From an uncultured Gemmatimonadales bacterium (GTDB lineage: Bacteria > Gemmatimonadota > Gemmatimonadetes > Gemmatimonadales > GWC2-71-9), in contig CAWGSK010000034.1 of NCBI GenBank assembly GCA_963825055.1, forward strand, positions 96,001-160,000: a stretch of DNA of 64,000 bases, read 5' to 3'. Positions 55,994 to 64,000 of the stretch are shown here, piece by piece; the first letter of the stretch is position 1, and each line of letters starts with the position of its first letter. The notes beneath the pieces are model-generated. The model had not been told where the DNA came from and did no database searches. It saw only the letters and a program-made list of their open reading frames with translations. Made by a program: the position numbers and the translations under genes.

Positions 55994-56456
55994 CGCGCTT
56001 CACCTTTCGACCCCCGGCCTTCGACTTCCGGTTGCCCACCGCCGGCTTTCCCGCTGCCATCCGGTCCACGCACTGCCCGATCATCCTGCGGAGCACATCC
56101 CGGTCCACATCGTCGAGCCGTTTGAGGTAGAGGCAGGACTTGCCGGTCCGGTGCGGCCCGAGCTGTTTCCGGAGTGCGTCCATCCCGCCGAAGCCGCTGA
56201 TGAGGTACAGGGTGAGTTCCTTCGCCCTGGGCGAGAATCCCACCTGGAACCACTCGCCGCTTCGCCCGCTCGGGGACTCGTAATGCCAGTCGCCGAAGCC
56301 GACGATCGAATCTCCCCACATGCGGGCTGGACAGCCGGTGGAGGCGCGCATCAACTTCGCCACCTCCCGGCACTCGCGACGGCGGTCCGGGTCTTCGATC
56401 GCGTTGATGAACGCCGTGGCGCTCGCGGTGGTCTTTTGCGTCTTGTTGGTGGACAT
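55980..56456 (-). CDS. DUF1801 domain protein
   Basis: MWGDSIVGFG..HY, GFSPR, LGPHRTGKSCLYLKRLDDVD. Confidence 0.88.
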   Translation of the reverse strand: MSTNKTQKTTASATAFINAIEDPDRRRECREVAKLMRASTGCPARMWGDSIVGFGDWHYESPSGRSGEWFQVGFSPRAKELTLYLISGFGGMDALRKQLGPHRTGKSCLYLKRLDDVDRDVLRRMIGQCVDRMAAGKPAVGNRKSKAGGRKVKRDGRR

Positions 56457-56457
56457 T

Positions 56458-56485
56458 GAAGGTCGAAGGTCGAAGGTCGGAGGTC
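56458..56485. repeat. Heptamer array GAAGGTC x4 (last copy variant)
   Basis: Directly upstream of the DUF1801 start codon. Confidence 0.85.
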
Positions 56486-56542
56486 AGAACGCCAGGGCGG
56501 TTCCTGAAAAGCTTGACTCCTTCCGCCGGTTGTCAACCTTTG

Positions 56543-56607
56543 CGACACCCGACACCCGACACCCGACACCCGACACCCGACACCCGACACCCGACACCCG
56601 ACACCCG
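56543..56607. repeat. Perfect heptamer array CGACACC x9
   Basis: Read directly; runs into the ATG at 56608. Confidence 0.95.
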
Positions 56608-57198
56608 ATGAAACCACTCTTCTTCTCCACCCCCGGTCGCTTCCGTGCCTGGCTTCGCCGGCATCATGACTCACATGACGAGCTTCTGGTCGGGTTCTAC
56701 AAGGTCGGCTCCGGCCGTCCCAGCATGACGTGGCCCGAGTCGGTGGACGAGGCACTGTGCTTCGGCTGGATCGACGGGGTGCGCCGGAGCCTGGATGAGG
56801 AGAGCTACACGATTCGATTCACGCCAAGGCGGCCCGGCAGCACCTGGAGCGCGGTGAACATCCGCAAGGTCGAGGCGCTGATCTCGGCGGGGAGGATGGA
56901 GGCGCCGGGGCTCGCGCGCTGGAAGGAGCGGGAGGAAGGGAATTCGAGAATCTACTCCTACGAGCAGCGCCGGGGGGCCACGCTCGAGGGAGATGCGCTC
57001 GAGGCGATCCAGTCCGTCCCGAATGCCTGGGCGTATTTTCAGTCCCAGCCACCCTGGTACCGCCGTACCGCGAGCTTCTGGGTAACGTCTGCCAGGAAAC
57101 CCGAGACACGCCAGCGGCGCCTGGAGACGCTGATCGCGGACTCGGCGGCCGGCCGGCCGATCAAGCCGCTGGCCCGGCCCGCACGCCGGAAGAAATAG
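56608..57198 (+). CDS. YdeI/OmpD-associated (OmdA) family protein
   Basis: FRAWL, VDEALCFGWID, RFTPRR..S.WS..N, SARKPETRQRRL. Confidence 0.9.
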   Translation: MKPLFFSTPGRFRAWLRRHHDSHDELLVGFYKVGSGRPSMTWPESVDEALCFGWIDGVRRSLDEESYTIRFTPRRPGSTWSAVNIRKVEALISAGRMEAPGLARWKEREEGNSRIYSYEQRRGATLEGDALEAIQSVPNAWAYFQSQPPWYRRTASFWVTSARKPETRQRRLETLIADSAAGRPIKPLARPARRKK

Positions 57199-57206
57199 CG
57201 ACCGGA

Positions 57207-57285
57207 CTACTCAACCACTCCACGACTCAACGACTCAACCACTCTACCACTCGACCACTCCGACACCCGACACCCGACACCCGAC
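57207..57285. repeat. Compound array: octamer C(C/G)ACTCAA-like x~7 followed by heptamer CGACACC x3
   Basis: Read directly between convergent genes. Confidence 0.85.
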
Positions 57286-57297
57286 CGTCGACCTCCC

Positions 57298-57843
57298 TCA
57301 CGAACACCCCTCCACGTACTCCACCGCTGGCCGCCTGCCGGCTCTGTAGCGTGTCACGACCGCGCCATCGGTCTCGAACACGAGCGCAAACGTGGTATCG
57401 TCCGGCGCCAGGACCGTGAGGTAGTGCCACTCCGGGCCGCCGTATTTGTGCGGGGTCTGCCGGACGGCGTCTCCGTACAGGTTCCGGATCTGCTCCTCGG
57501 TGTTGCCGAGTCCTGCCCCGTCGACCGTGAGCACGCCGGGAACATCCACGTCCACCCGCTCGACGGTGTCTGCGACGACCATGAGTTCCACGCCGTCGGG
57601 GAATGATGCCGGGTCGACATAGGCGCAGTCGCCGCCCGGGTCATAGGCGGGGGCGAGGCTGTCGTGCAGGGTGGCGTTGAGCTGCCGGACTGTCCACCCG
57701 AAGCGTACCGGGCCGGCCTGGTGCGCGCTGATGACGGGCGCCGCCGGGGGCGTCGCGGCCGATGCCGCCTTGTCGGCGTCCTGGTGCCCGCTGCAGCCGG
57801 GCAGCAGGGCGGGGAGGAGGAGAAGAAGGACGTGTAGACGCAT
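57298..57843 (-). CDS. Hypothetical lipoprotein
   Basis: GGAG RBS; lipobox LPGC; C-terminal YRAG..PAVEYVEGCS. Confidence 0.75.
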   Translation of the reverse strand: MRLHVLLLLLPALLPGCSGHQDADKAASAATPPAAPVISAHQAGPVRFGWTVRQLNATLHDSLAPAYDPGGDCAYVDPASFPDGVELMVVADTVERVDVDVPGVLTVDGAGLGNTEEQIRNLYGDAVRQTPHKYGGPEWHYLTVLAPDDTTFALVFETDGAVVTRYRAGRRPAVEYVEGCS

Positions 57844-57949
57844 GAGTATGGTCTCCGGAATGGCGGCCGGCCCACTTGCGCACCCCGGCCGTGTCGAAGT
57901 AACCTGAACGCTCAGCCCGATGTTCCACCCCAACCGAGGAGGTGATCCA

Positions 57950-58012
57950 TTGTCCAGTGACAGTAGCATTCGAGGCTCGACCAGGGCAAACGATCGCCTG
58001 GCCGGCTGCTAG
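57950..58012 (+). other. Candidate 20-aa small ORF (TTG start; SSDSSIRGSTRANDRLAGC) inside a structured intergenic transcript
   Basis: AGGAGGTGATCCA immediately upstream; promoter-like TTGCGC-N18-TAACCT at 57876-57905; downstream hairpin. Confidence 0.5.
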
Positions 58013-58125
58013 ACACCTCGGAGACGAGTCGGTTGTCCGCCGTAACCAGCGCGGATCGTCTCGAGCTTCGTATGCCAGGATCGCGCCGTCCGACACCATG
58101 TCGGGCGGCGCGTCGTATATAAGAC

Positions 58126-58878
58126 ATGGCCGCCACTCTCCCACCCTACTGGCGCGACACCCGCGCCCCCCGCTACAGCGTCCTCTTCGCGCTGCCGTTG
58201 CTCGCGCTGTACGAGCTGCTCGCCTTCGTTCTCTCGCACGACGCGATCCGCGGGGTCCGGAACGGCGCCGACGTCCTTCTCAAGAGCGTGTTCATCATGG
58301 CCGGGGGAAGGCGCGGTGTGGCGGCCTTCGGTATCCTCCTGGTCGGGACGGCGGTGGTGCTGGTCGTGCGGGACTGGCGCGCCCACGGGCCACCGCGTCC
58401 GGCCCGGTTCGTCGGCATGATGGCCGAGAGCATCGTGTATGGCCTGGCGTTCGGGCTGGTCGCCGGGGTATTGACCAATCTCCTCCTCAACGGCCCCCGC
58501 GCCCTCATGCTGGTCCAGGAGCAGGGCGGCACCGCCATGAGCCGGCTCCCGGTTCCCTCGCAACTCATGGTATCGCTGGGTGCGGGCATTTACGAGGAGC
58601 TGCTCTTCCGGGTCATGCTGGTGGGAGGCCTGGCCTGGCTGGGACGTAAATGGGGGTGGCGTCCGCCGGCGGCGGGCGTCTTCGCCACGCTGGTGGGGGC
58701 GCTCATCTTCTCGGCGTTTCACTACATCGGCCCGTACGGCGATCCGCTCGAGCTCTCCAGCTTCACCTTCCGCGCGATTGCCGGGGTCCTGTTCAGCGGG
58801 CTCTACCTGCTGCGGGGCTTCGGGGTCACGGCATGGACGCACGCGCTATATGACGTGTTCCTGACGCTGGGATTCTAG
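58126..58878 (+). CDS. CPBP (CAAX/Abi) intramembrane metalloprotease
   Basis: EELLFR, FSAFHY, HALYD motifs. Confidence 0.85.
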   Translation: MAATLPPYWRDTRAPRYSVLFALPLLALYELLAFVLSHDAIRGVRNGADVLLKSVFIMAGGRRGVAAFGILLVGTAVVLVVRDWRAHGPPRPARFVGMMAESIVYGLAFGLVAGVLTNLLLNGPRALMLVQEQGGTAMSRLPVPSQLMVSLGAGIYEELLFRVMLVGGLAWLGRKWGWRPPAAGVFATLVGALIFSAFHYIGPYGDPLELSSFTFRAIAGVLFSGLYLLRGFGVTAWTHALYDVFLTLGF

Positions 58879-58882
58879 ATAT

Positions 58883-58950
58883 TCGAAGGTCGAAGGTCGA
58901 AGGTCGAAGTGGTCTCGGAGCGATGCCCCACAGCCCTTCGACTTTCGACC
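58883..58950. repeat. Heptamer array TCGAAGG x4 with two inverted copies, between convergent genes
   Basis: Read directly. Confidence 0.85.
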
Positions 58951-59615
58951 TACTTCGCAGTCTTCGCCGTGTAGATGGAATCCAGGATCCTGGAGAATGG
59001 CTGCACCGGCACGGCCCCCACCAGCAGTCCCCCCTCGATGTAGAACGTCGGCGTGCTGTTGGCGCCGGCCCGGGCTGCTCCCTCGGCGTCCCGCTTCACG
59101 ATGGCCAGGCCCTCGCCATTTTCGAGGCAGGTCCGGAGCGAGGCGCGCGGCAGCTTGATGCTGTCCGCCAGGGACAGCAGGTACGGCGTGGGATCATCGA
59201 GCTTCGCCCAGTCATCCTGGTGCTGGTAGATGAGGTCGTGGATCGGCCAGAACCGGTTCTGCTGCGCCGCGCACATCGCGAATTCGGCAGCGGCCACCGC
59301 ATTGGGGTGCAGCGAGGTGATCGGGAAGTTGACGAACACCCAGCGCACCTTGCCCGTCTCGACAAAACGCTTCTCCAGCGTGGGGAACGTCTCCACCGCG
59401 TGCTGTCGGCAGTACGGGCACTGGAAGTCGCTCATCTCGTAGACCGTGACCGGTGCCGCGGCCGAGCCCTTGGAGCGCTGGTTGAGCATGTTGCCGGTGG
59501 TGTCGAGCGGTGTGACCGGACCGGCGCCGGGGCGGAAGCCACCCACGCGCGGAAGGACAAGCAGCACCGCAGCGAGCGATAACGCACCGGTGAAAAGGAT
59601 TCGACGCATGGACAT
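58950..59615 (-). CDS. DsbA family thioredoxin-fold oxidoreductase
   Basis: SDFQCPYC, HPNA, STPTF. Confidence 0.88.
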   Translation of the reverse strand: MSMRRILFTGALSLAAVLLVLPRVGGFRPGAGPVTPLDTTGNMLNQRSKGSAAAPVTVYEMSDFQCPYCRQHAVETFPTLEKRFVETGKVRWVFVNFPITSLHPNAVAAAEFAMCAAQQNRFWPIHDLIYQHQDDWAKLDDPTPYLLSLADSIKLPRASLRTCLENGEGLAIVKRDAEGAARAGANSTPTFYIEGGLLVGAVPVQPFSRILDSIYTAKTAK

Positions 59616-59671
59616 CCCGACGGAAAGGGTCACCTGCACGACTCAACGACTCAACGATAAACGATTCCCGA

Positions 59672-60418
59672 CTAGTATCTCGGCCTCCGCACCCCGTTCT
59701 CCGGCGTCAGTCGCACCGTGTCCCCGGTAACCGGGACATTCCAGTACCACTCGGCGTTGGGATCGGTTGCGTCCCAGGCGCGGACGTACACCCACCAGGG
59801 GCCACCCTTGAGGTGGAACGTGGCCCAGCCGCGGGCCCCGGTGGTCTGCTGCTCGGGCGTGAGTCCGGCGCGCTTCGCGGCGGCCTCCGTCGCCTGCTCA
59901 TAGCCGCGGAACGTAGTATCTTCCCATCGATCCACGTCACGTCGCAGGCTGTCGATGCGCGGGTTGGCACGGCGGCGGACACGGTCGAGCGTGTCGGTGA
60001 GGGCATGCAGCCGTTCGGCGATCGGCGGGAGCGAGTCATGCAGGGCGGTCACCGTCGCATAGATTTCACGGTACGGGTCGCTGTTGCGTGGCAGTGTGTC
60101 CAGCATGGCGTTGAGCGCGGAGAGTGTGTCCCGCAGCTGGCGCTCCGCCATGGTCACGCGCGCGAACGGGACGAACGCGTCGCGGAAGGCGTGGAAGACT
60201 GAATCGAGTTCCGCCTCGTGCGGGCGAGGCGTCGTGGCACCGGCTTCCATGGCGTCGATGATGCTGTCCCGGTCATACGGGAGCACCACAACTGGCAGGT
60301 CCGCGACGGGGGTCAGCTGGCTGTCCGGATCGGTGACCTGCACCTGCACCGCCAGGTCGCGTTGCGACCCGCAGGCGGCTGCGAGGCCCAGAAGGAGAAC
60401 GGACAGATATCGTGACAC
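59672..60418 (-). CDS. Hypothetical lipoprotein with coiled-coil insert
   Basis: Lipobox LAAAC; C-terminal GPWWVY..EWYWNVPV. Confidence 0.7.
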   Translation of the reverse strand: MSRYLSVLLLGLAAACGSQRDLAVQVQVTDPDSQLTPVADLPVVVLPYDRDSIIDAMEAGATTPRPHEAELDSVFHAFRDAFVPFARVTMAERQLRDTLSALNAMLDTLPRNSDPYREIYATVTALHDSLPPIAERLHALTDTLDRVRRRANPRIDSLRRDVDRWEDTTFRGYEQATEAAAKRAGLTPEQQTTGARGWATFHLKGGPWWVYVRAWDATDPNAEWYWNVPVTGDTVRLTPENGVRRPRY

Positions 60419-61317
60419 GATCGGCTCGCTGGCTGAGGAGAGGGTGCTGGCCGGAATTCGCGAAAGCTATCGGACTGGCCCTCGCGGTACAATTCGCGGC
60501 CCGTGCCCTTCCGGCGCAGCAGGAGGGGATTACCGCGCTTTTCCCGGCGCAGCCCACCGGGTGGGTCACCGATGTGGCGGACATCATCGATCCCGCCAGC
60601 GAGCAGGCCGCCACGAGCATGATCCAGCGGCTGAAGGCGGCCACCGGGGCGGAAATCGCCGTCGTGACCCTTCCGACCATTGGCGACTATGCCCAGTCGG
60701 ACGTGGCCCTCCAGATCGGCCGGGCGTGGGGCGTGGGATCCCGGGCGGCGATCGGCGACCAGCAGCGCAATAACGGCGTGGTGCTGCTCCTGGTCCCCCG
60801 CCAGGGCGGCCGGGCCGGGACCGGGCGACTTTTCATCGCGACGGGCCAGGGTATCGAGGGAATGGTGACGGACGCGATGGCCGGCCGTGTCCGTGACCTG
60901 ATGCGGCCGGAGCTTTCCCGGGAAGCCTACGGCCCCGCCGTGGTGACCGGCGTCAACGCACTGTCGGCACTCATCGCCCGGGGGTATGGCATCAGCGATT
61001 CGGTGCTCCTGGCCGCCGAGCCGCAGGTCCGGCAGCGGGAGCGGGATGGTGGTGGGGCGGGCTGGGTCTTCATTGTGGTCGTAGTCGTGTTCATCATCAT
61101 TTCCGCCATCGGTCGGGGCGGTGGCGGGCGCGGCGGCCGGGGGAGGCGGAGCGGGCTGGGTGGTGCGCTCCCCTGGATCATCCTCGGGAACGTGCTGGGC
61201 AGCAGCGGGCGCGGGGGAGGAGGCTTCGGTGGTGGTGGTTTCGGGGGCGGGGGCGGCTTTGGAGGGTTCGGGGGAGGCGGAGGCTTCAGCGGCGGCGGCG
61301 CCGGGGGGAATTTCTGA
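60412..61317 (+). CDS. TPM domain protein with Gly-rich tail (true start probably downstream of 60412)
   Basis: GWVTDVADII, EIAVVTL, WGVG..NNGVVLL, ATGQGIEG..TD, FGGFGGGGGFSGGGAGGNF. Confidence 0.88.
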   Translation: MTRSARWLRRGCWPEFAKAIGLALAVQFAARALPAQQEGITALFPAQPTGWVTDVADIIDPASEQAATSMIQRLKAATGAEIAVVTLPTIGDYAQSDVALQIGRAWGVGSRAAIGDQQRNNGVVLLLVPRQGGRAGTGRLFIATGQGIEGMVTDAMAGRVRDLMRPELSREAYGPAVVTGVNALSALIARGYGISDSVLLAAEPQVRQRERDGGGAGWVFIVVVVVFIIISAIGRGGGGRGGRGRRSGLGGALPWIILGNVLGSSGRGGGGFGGGGFGGGGGFGGFGGGGGFSGGGAGGNF

Positions 61318-62039
61318 TGCAGGCAGAAGTCGCGAGAATCGTGAATCCATTCCTCAAGGCGGCGGACACCAGGCTGCCGGCCGGGACCGGGATCCTGCTG
61401 TACGGGTCTGCCGCGCGGGGCGAGTACGTGCCCGGGCGTTCGGACGTGAACCTCATGGTGGTGCCACCGAAGGTGGATGCCACCTTCCTGGCCGCCCTGG
61501 CGGACAGCCTGCGGGACTGGGAACTGGAGCGCCAGCCTCCACCGCTGCTGCTGAGCCGGGAAGAGTTGTCGCGCGGCACCGATGTCTTCCCGATCGAAAT
61601 CACCGATATCAAGGTGGCGTACCAGGTGCTGAGGGGTGAGGATCCGGTCGTGGACCTCCGGGTGCGGCCATCCGACCTGCGGCGGGCCCTCGAGGGCGAG
61701 TTGCGCGGGAAACTGCTGCGGCTGCGACAGGCCTACGCGGCCTTCCGCGACAAGCCGGGCATGCTCGGCGTGACGGCCCAGGGCAGCATCCCCGTGATCC
61801 TGGTCCTGTTCCGGGGCGTGCTGTCCCTGCTGGGACGTGAAGTGCCGGACACGGGGGATGCCACCATTCGGGAGGCGACGACGGCACTTGGTGTGGATGG
61901 TGACCTGCTGCGCGACGTCCTGCGCCACCGGGCCGAGGCCGACTGGCCCCTGTCCGCAGAGCAGTTCGAACACTACATGGCCGCTCTCGAGCGGGCCGTG
62001 CGCAAGATCGACGAACTTCAACCCGGAGAATCCTCATGA
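61317..62039 (+). CDS. Pol-beta-like nucleotidyltransferase domain protein
   Basis: LYGSAARG...SDVNLMVV; DVFPIE; helical C-terminal domain. Confidence 0.75.
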   Translation: MQAEVARIVNPFLKAADTRLPAGTGILLYGSAARGEYVPGRSDVNLMVVPPKVDATFLAALADSLRDWELERQPPPLLLSREELSRGTDVFPIEITDIKVAYQVLRGEDPVVDLRVRPSDLRRALEGELRGKLLRLRQAYAAFRDKPGMLGVTAQGSIPVILVLFRGVLSLLGREVPDTGDATIREATTALGVDGDLLRDVLRHRAEADWPLSAEQFEHYMAALERAVRKIDELQPGESS

Positions 62040-62602
62040 GATCCCGCCTGGTCGCGGTTCCACTGCTGCTGGTGACGGCCCTGCTGTCCACGGGCTGCGG
62101 GTATAACCGCATGCAGACCCTCGATGAGCAGGTGAACAAGGCCAAGGGCAACATTCAGGCGCAGCTACAGCGCCGGGCCGACCTCATCCCCAACCTCGTG
62201 AACACGGTGAAGGGCTTCGCCGCGCAGGAACAGCAGGTGTTCACCGCGGTGGCGGATGCCCGCAGCCGCCTGGCCGGCGCGGTGCAGTCCGGCGATGTCG
62301 GGGCGATGGCCCAGGCCAACGCGGCGCTGAGCGCCCCGCTGGGCCGCCTGCTGGCGATTGCGGAGGCCTATCCCGAGCTCAAGAGCAACCAGAACTTCAT
62401 GCAGCTGCAGGACGAGTTGACCGGGACGGAGAACCGGATTTCCGTGGCGAGGCAGGACTACAACACCGCGGTCTCGGAATACAACTCCTATATCCGGCGG
62501 TTCCCGCAGAACCTGACCGCCAAGGTGTTCGGCATGAGCACCCAGAAGGAGTACTTCGAGGCCGAGCCCGGGGCCACGGAGGCACCGAAGGTCCAGTTCT
62601 GA
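62036..62602 (+). CDS. lemA: LemA family protein
   Basis: QRRADLIPNLV.TVKG, EAYPELK, TENRI.VAR..YN. Confidence 0.93.
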   Translation: MRSRLVAVPLLLVTALLSTGCGYNRMQTLDEQVNKAKGNIQAQLQRRADLIPNLVNTVKGFAAQEQQVFTAVADARSRLAGAVQSGDVGAMAQANAALSAPLGRLLAIAEAYPELKSNQNFMQLQDELTGTENRISVARQDYNTAVSEYNSYIRRFPQNLTAKVFGMSTQKEYFEAEPGATEAPKVQF

Positions 62603-62617
62603 CGTGCCTGAGCGCAG

Positions 62618-62650
62618 AAGGCCCCCGCACCGGTCCGGTGCGGGGGCCTT
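62618..62650. terminator. Bidirectional terminator-like hairpin
   Basis: 14-bp stem AAGGCCCCCGCACC / GGTGCGGGGGCCTT. Confidence 0.75.
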
Positions 62651-62668
62651 GTGTTGTGCGGTCGTTGG

Positions 62669-63592
62669 TCAGTCGACGATGGCGTCCGGCAGGATATACC
62701 GCTGGGGGTCCACCGGCCGGCCGTTCAGGATGACCTCATAATGCAGGTGCGGGGAGGTGGCCAGGCCCGTTGCGCCGACCCGGGCGATTTCCTCGCCCCG
62801 CGCCACGTGCTGTCCCTTCCGGACCAGGAGCTTGGAGGCGTGGGCATAGCGGGTGACCAGGCCGTAGCCGTGGTCAACCCGCACCGTGTTGCCGTAGCCG
62901 CTCTCCCAGCCGGCCCAGATCACGCGGCCGGCGGCCGCCGCGTGAATCGGCGAGCCTTTCGGCGCCATGATGTCCATGCCCTCGTGGGGGCGGGCCACGC
63001 CGAGGATGGGATGCATCCGCAGCATGGCGAAGCTGCTGGTGATGTACCCGTCGGTCGGCATGATGCTGGGCATCGCCTTCATCCGCTCGGTGTGGAGCGC
63101 GAGGCTGTCAGCGGCTTCCTCGTAGCTGGCGGCCAGCAGGTTCGCGCGCCGGATCATCGCGTTCAGGTCGACCCGGACGCGGGCCGTATTGTTGGGGAGC
63201 AGTGAATCGCGCCAGCTCCGGGCATTGTTGGCCATCAGCGGACCACCGATGCCGGCCTGCTGGACCGCGGGATCATTCGGCTCGAGGTTCGCGAGGAGAC
63301 GGATCTTCTCGTCGCGACGGGCGATGCGGCCCAGCGTGTCATTGAGCAGCGCCATCCGGGTGTGCAGGATGTCGATTTCGGAGATCAGCGCGGCATTCTC
63401 CCGGCTGAGCCGGTCGGCCGCGTTCAGGTTGGTGGCGCGCGTGAAGGTCGAATAGCCGAAGAGCAGCGCGAACAACACGACGGTGACCACGCTGGCCGCC
63501 ACGAGTTTCACGACGGTCTGCGAGATCTCCAGGACGCGCGAGGTGCCGGACCCGGGGGGCACGAACACCAGTGTCCAGCGACGTTTGGCCAT
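62669..63592 (-). CDS. M23 family metallopeptidase with N-terminal TM and coiled coil
   Basis: HEGMD, YAHAS, TSPHLHYEV; AAGGGG RBS. Confidence 0.92.
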   Translation of the reverse strand: MAKRRWTLVFVPPGSGTSRVLEISQTVVKLVAASVVTVVLFALLFGYSTFTRATNLNAADRLSRENAALISEIDILHTRMALLNDTLGRIARRDEKIRLLANLEPNDPAVQQAGIGGPLMANNARSWRDSLLPNNTARVRVDLNAMIRRANLLAASYEEAADSLALHTERMKAMPSIMPTDGYITSSFAMLRMHPILGVARPHEGMDIMAPKGSPIHAAAAGRVIWAGWESGYGNTVRVDHGYGLVTRYAHASKLLVRKGQHVARGEEIARVGATGLATSPHLHYEVILNGRPVDPQRYILPDAIVD

Positions 63593-63814
63593 GAAATCGA
63601 CTTCCCCTTGCTTAAGCGCACCGACGCAGGTGGTGATGTGGCACCGTTCCCCTGCGAAGTGCGCGACTACAAAAAAACGGTGCGTAACACACCGGATACA
63701 TACAAGAACCGTGCTGAGAGGAACAGCTGAGGCACGAAGAAGGTGGGCGCTGCCCCGGCCGATGTCAACCCTTTCCGGGCACGTGTAAGTGTCCAACTGT
63801 CAAATAGTTGGGGG

Positions 63815-64000
63815 TCAGGGGGCTGGCTTGGGAAAGAGAGTCTCCGGCTTCTGAACGAGTTGCCCGGCTACTGTCGTGTTTGTTGACAGGTCGAACCCTG
63901 CCCCGCTCAGGTCGACATCGAGCCCGAGCGCCCGTCCGAGCTGCGCTGCCTTCTCGGGCATATAGGGGTGGATCATCACGGCCAGACGGTCCAGAGCCCG
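63815..64000 (-). CDS. metG: C-terminus of a class Ia aminoacyl-tRNA synthetase, most likely methionyl-tRNA synthetase (partial)
   Basis: Translation RALDRLAVMIHPYMPEKAAQLGRALG...KPETLFPKPAP* fits the end of the MetRS anticodon-binding domain. Confidence 0.7.
   Translation of the reverse strand, partial: RALDRLAVMIHPYMPEKAAQLGRALGLDVDLSGAGFDLSTNTTVAGQLVQKPETLFPKPAP

Noticed and set aside
57937..57949. 16S rRNA gene fragment on the minus strand
   Set aside because: The match stops after 13 nt and the flanks are not rRNA-like.
57986..58012. tmRNA, because GCAAACGAT... reads ANDRLAGC like a tag peptide
   Set aside because: There is no tRNA-like domain (GGGG 5' end, T-arm, CCA), the element is too short, and the tag does not end in the usual AA.

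Overview
High-GC bacterial chromosomal window, mostly core and envelope genes. Gene style suggests Gemmatimonadota, but that is an inference. From left to right it holds: a heparinase II/III-aminotransferase-amidohydrolase operon, a MATE transporter and a Tat amidase; two degraded low-complexity stretches (~13.44-15.2 kb and ~16.6-17.0 kb) that look like read or consensus failures; seven tRNA genes; a cusCBA-type heavy-metal efflux operon; an Omp85-family protein, a group-2-type sigma70, mlaEFD, a ClC channel, a stand-alone atpAGDC operon and waaA; many small hydrolases and regulators; a TPM/nucleotidyltransferase/LemA triad, an M23 peptidase and the 3' end of metG. Several genes carry small indels that are most likely sequencing errors. 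No CRISPR array, transposase, integrase or prophage was seen. The most notable unexplained signals are: (1) a promoter-led, structured intergenic element with a 13-nt perfect complement to the 16S rRNA 3' end and a 20-codon ORF (57.9-58.07 kb); (2) a Cys/His-rich, poly-Pro-tailed leader ORF and a CsoR-like operator ahead of cusCBA; (3) a PI3K/HipA-like kinase-motif domain fused to an Omp85 barrel; (4) pervasive intergenic 7-9 bp tandem repeats, often arranged as inverted pairs or forming whole 5' leaders; (5) a Rex/CRP-type palindrome over the atpA promoter.
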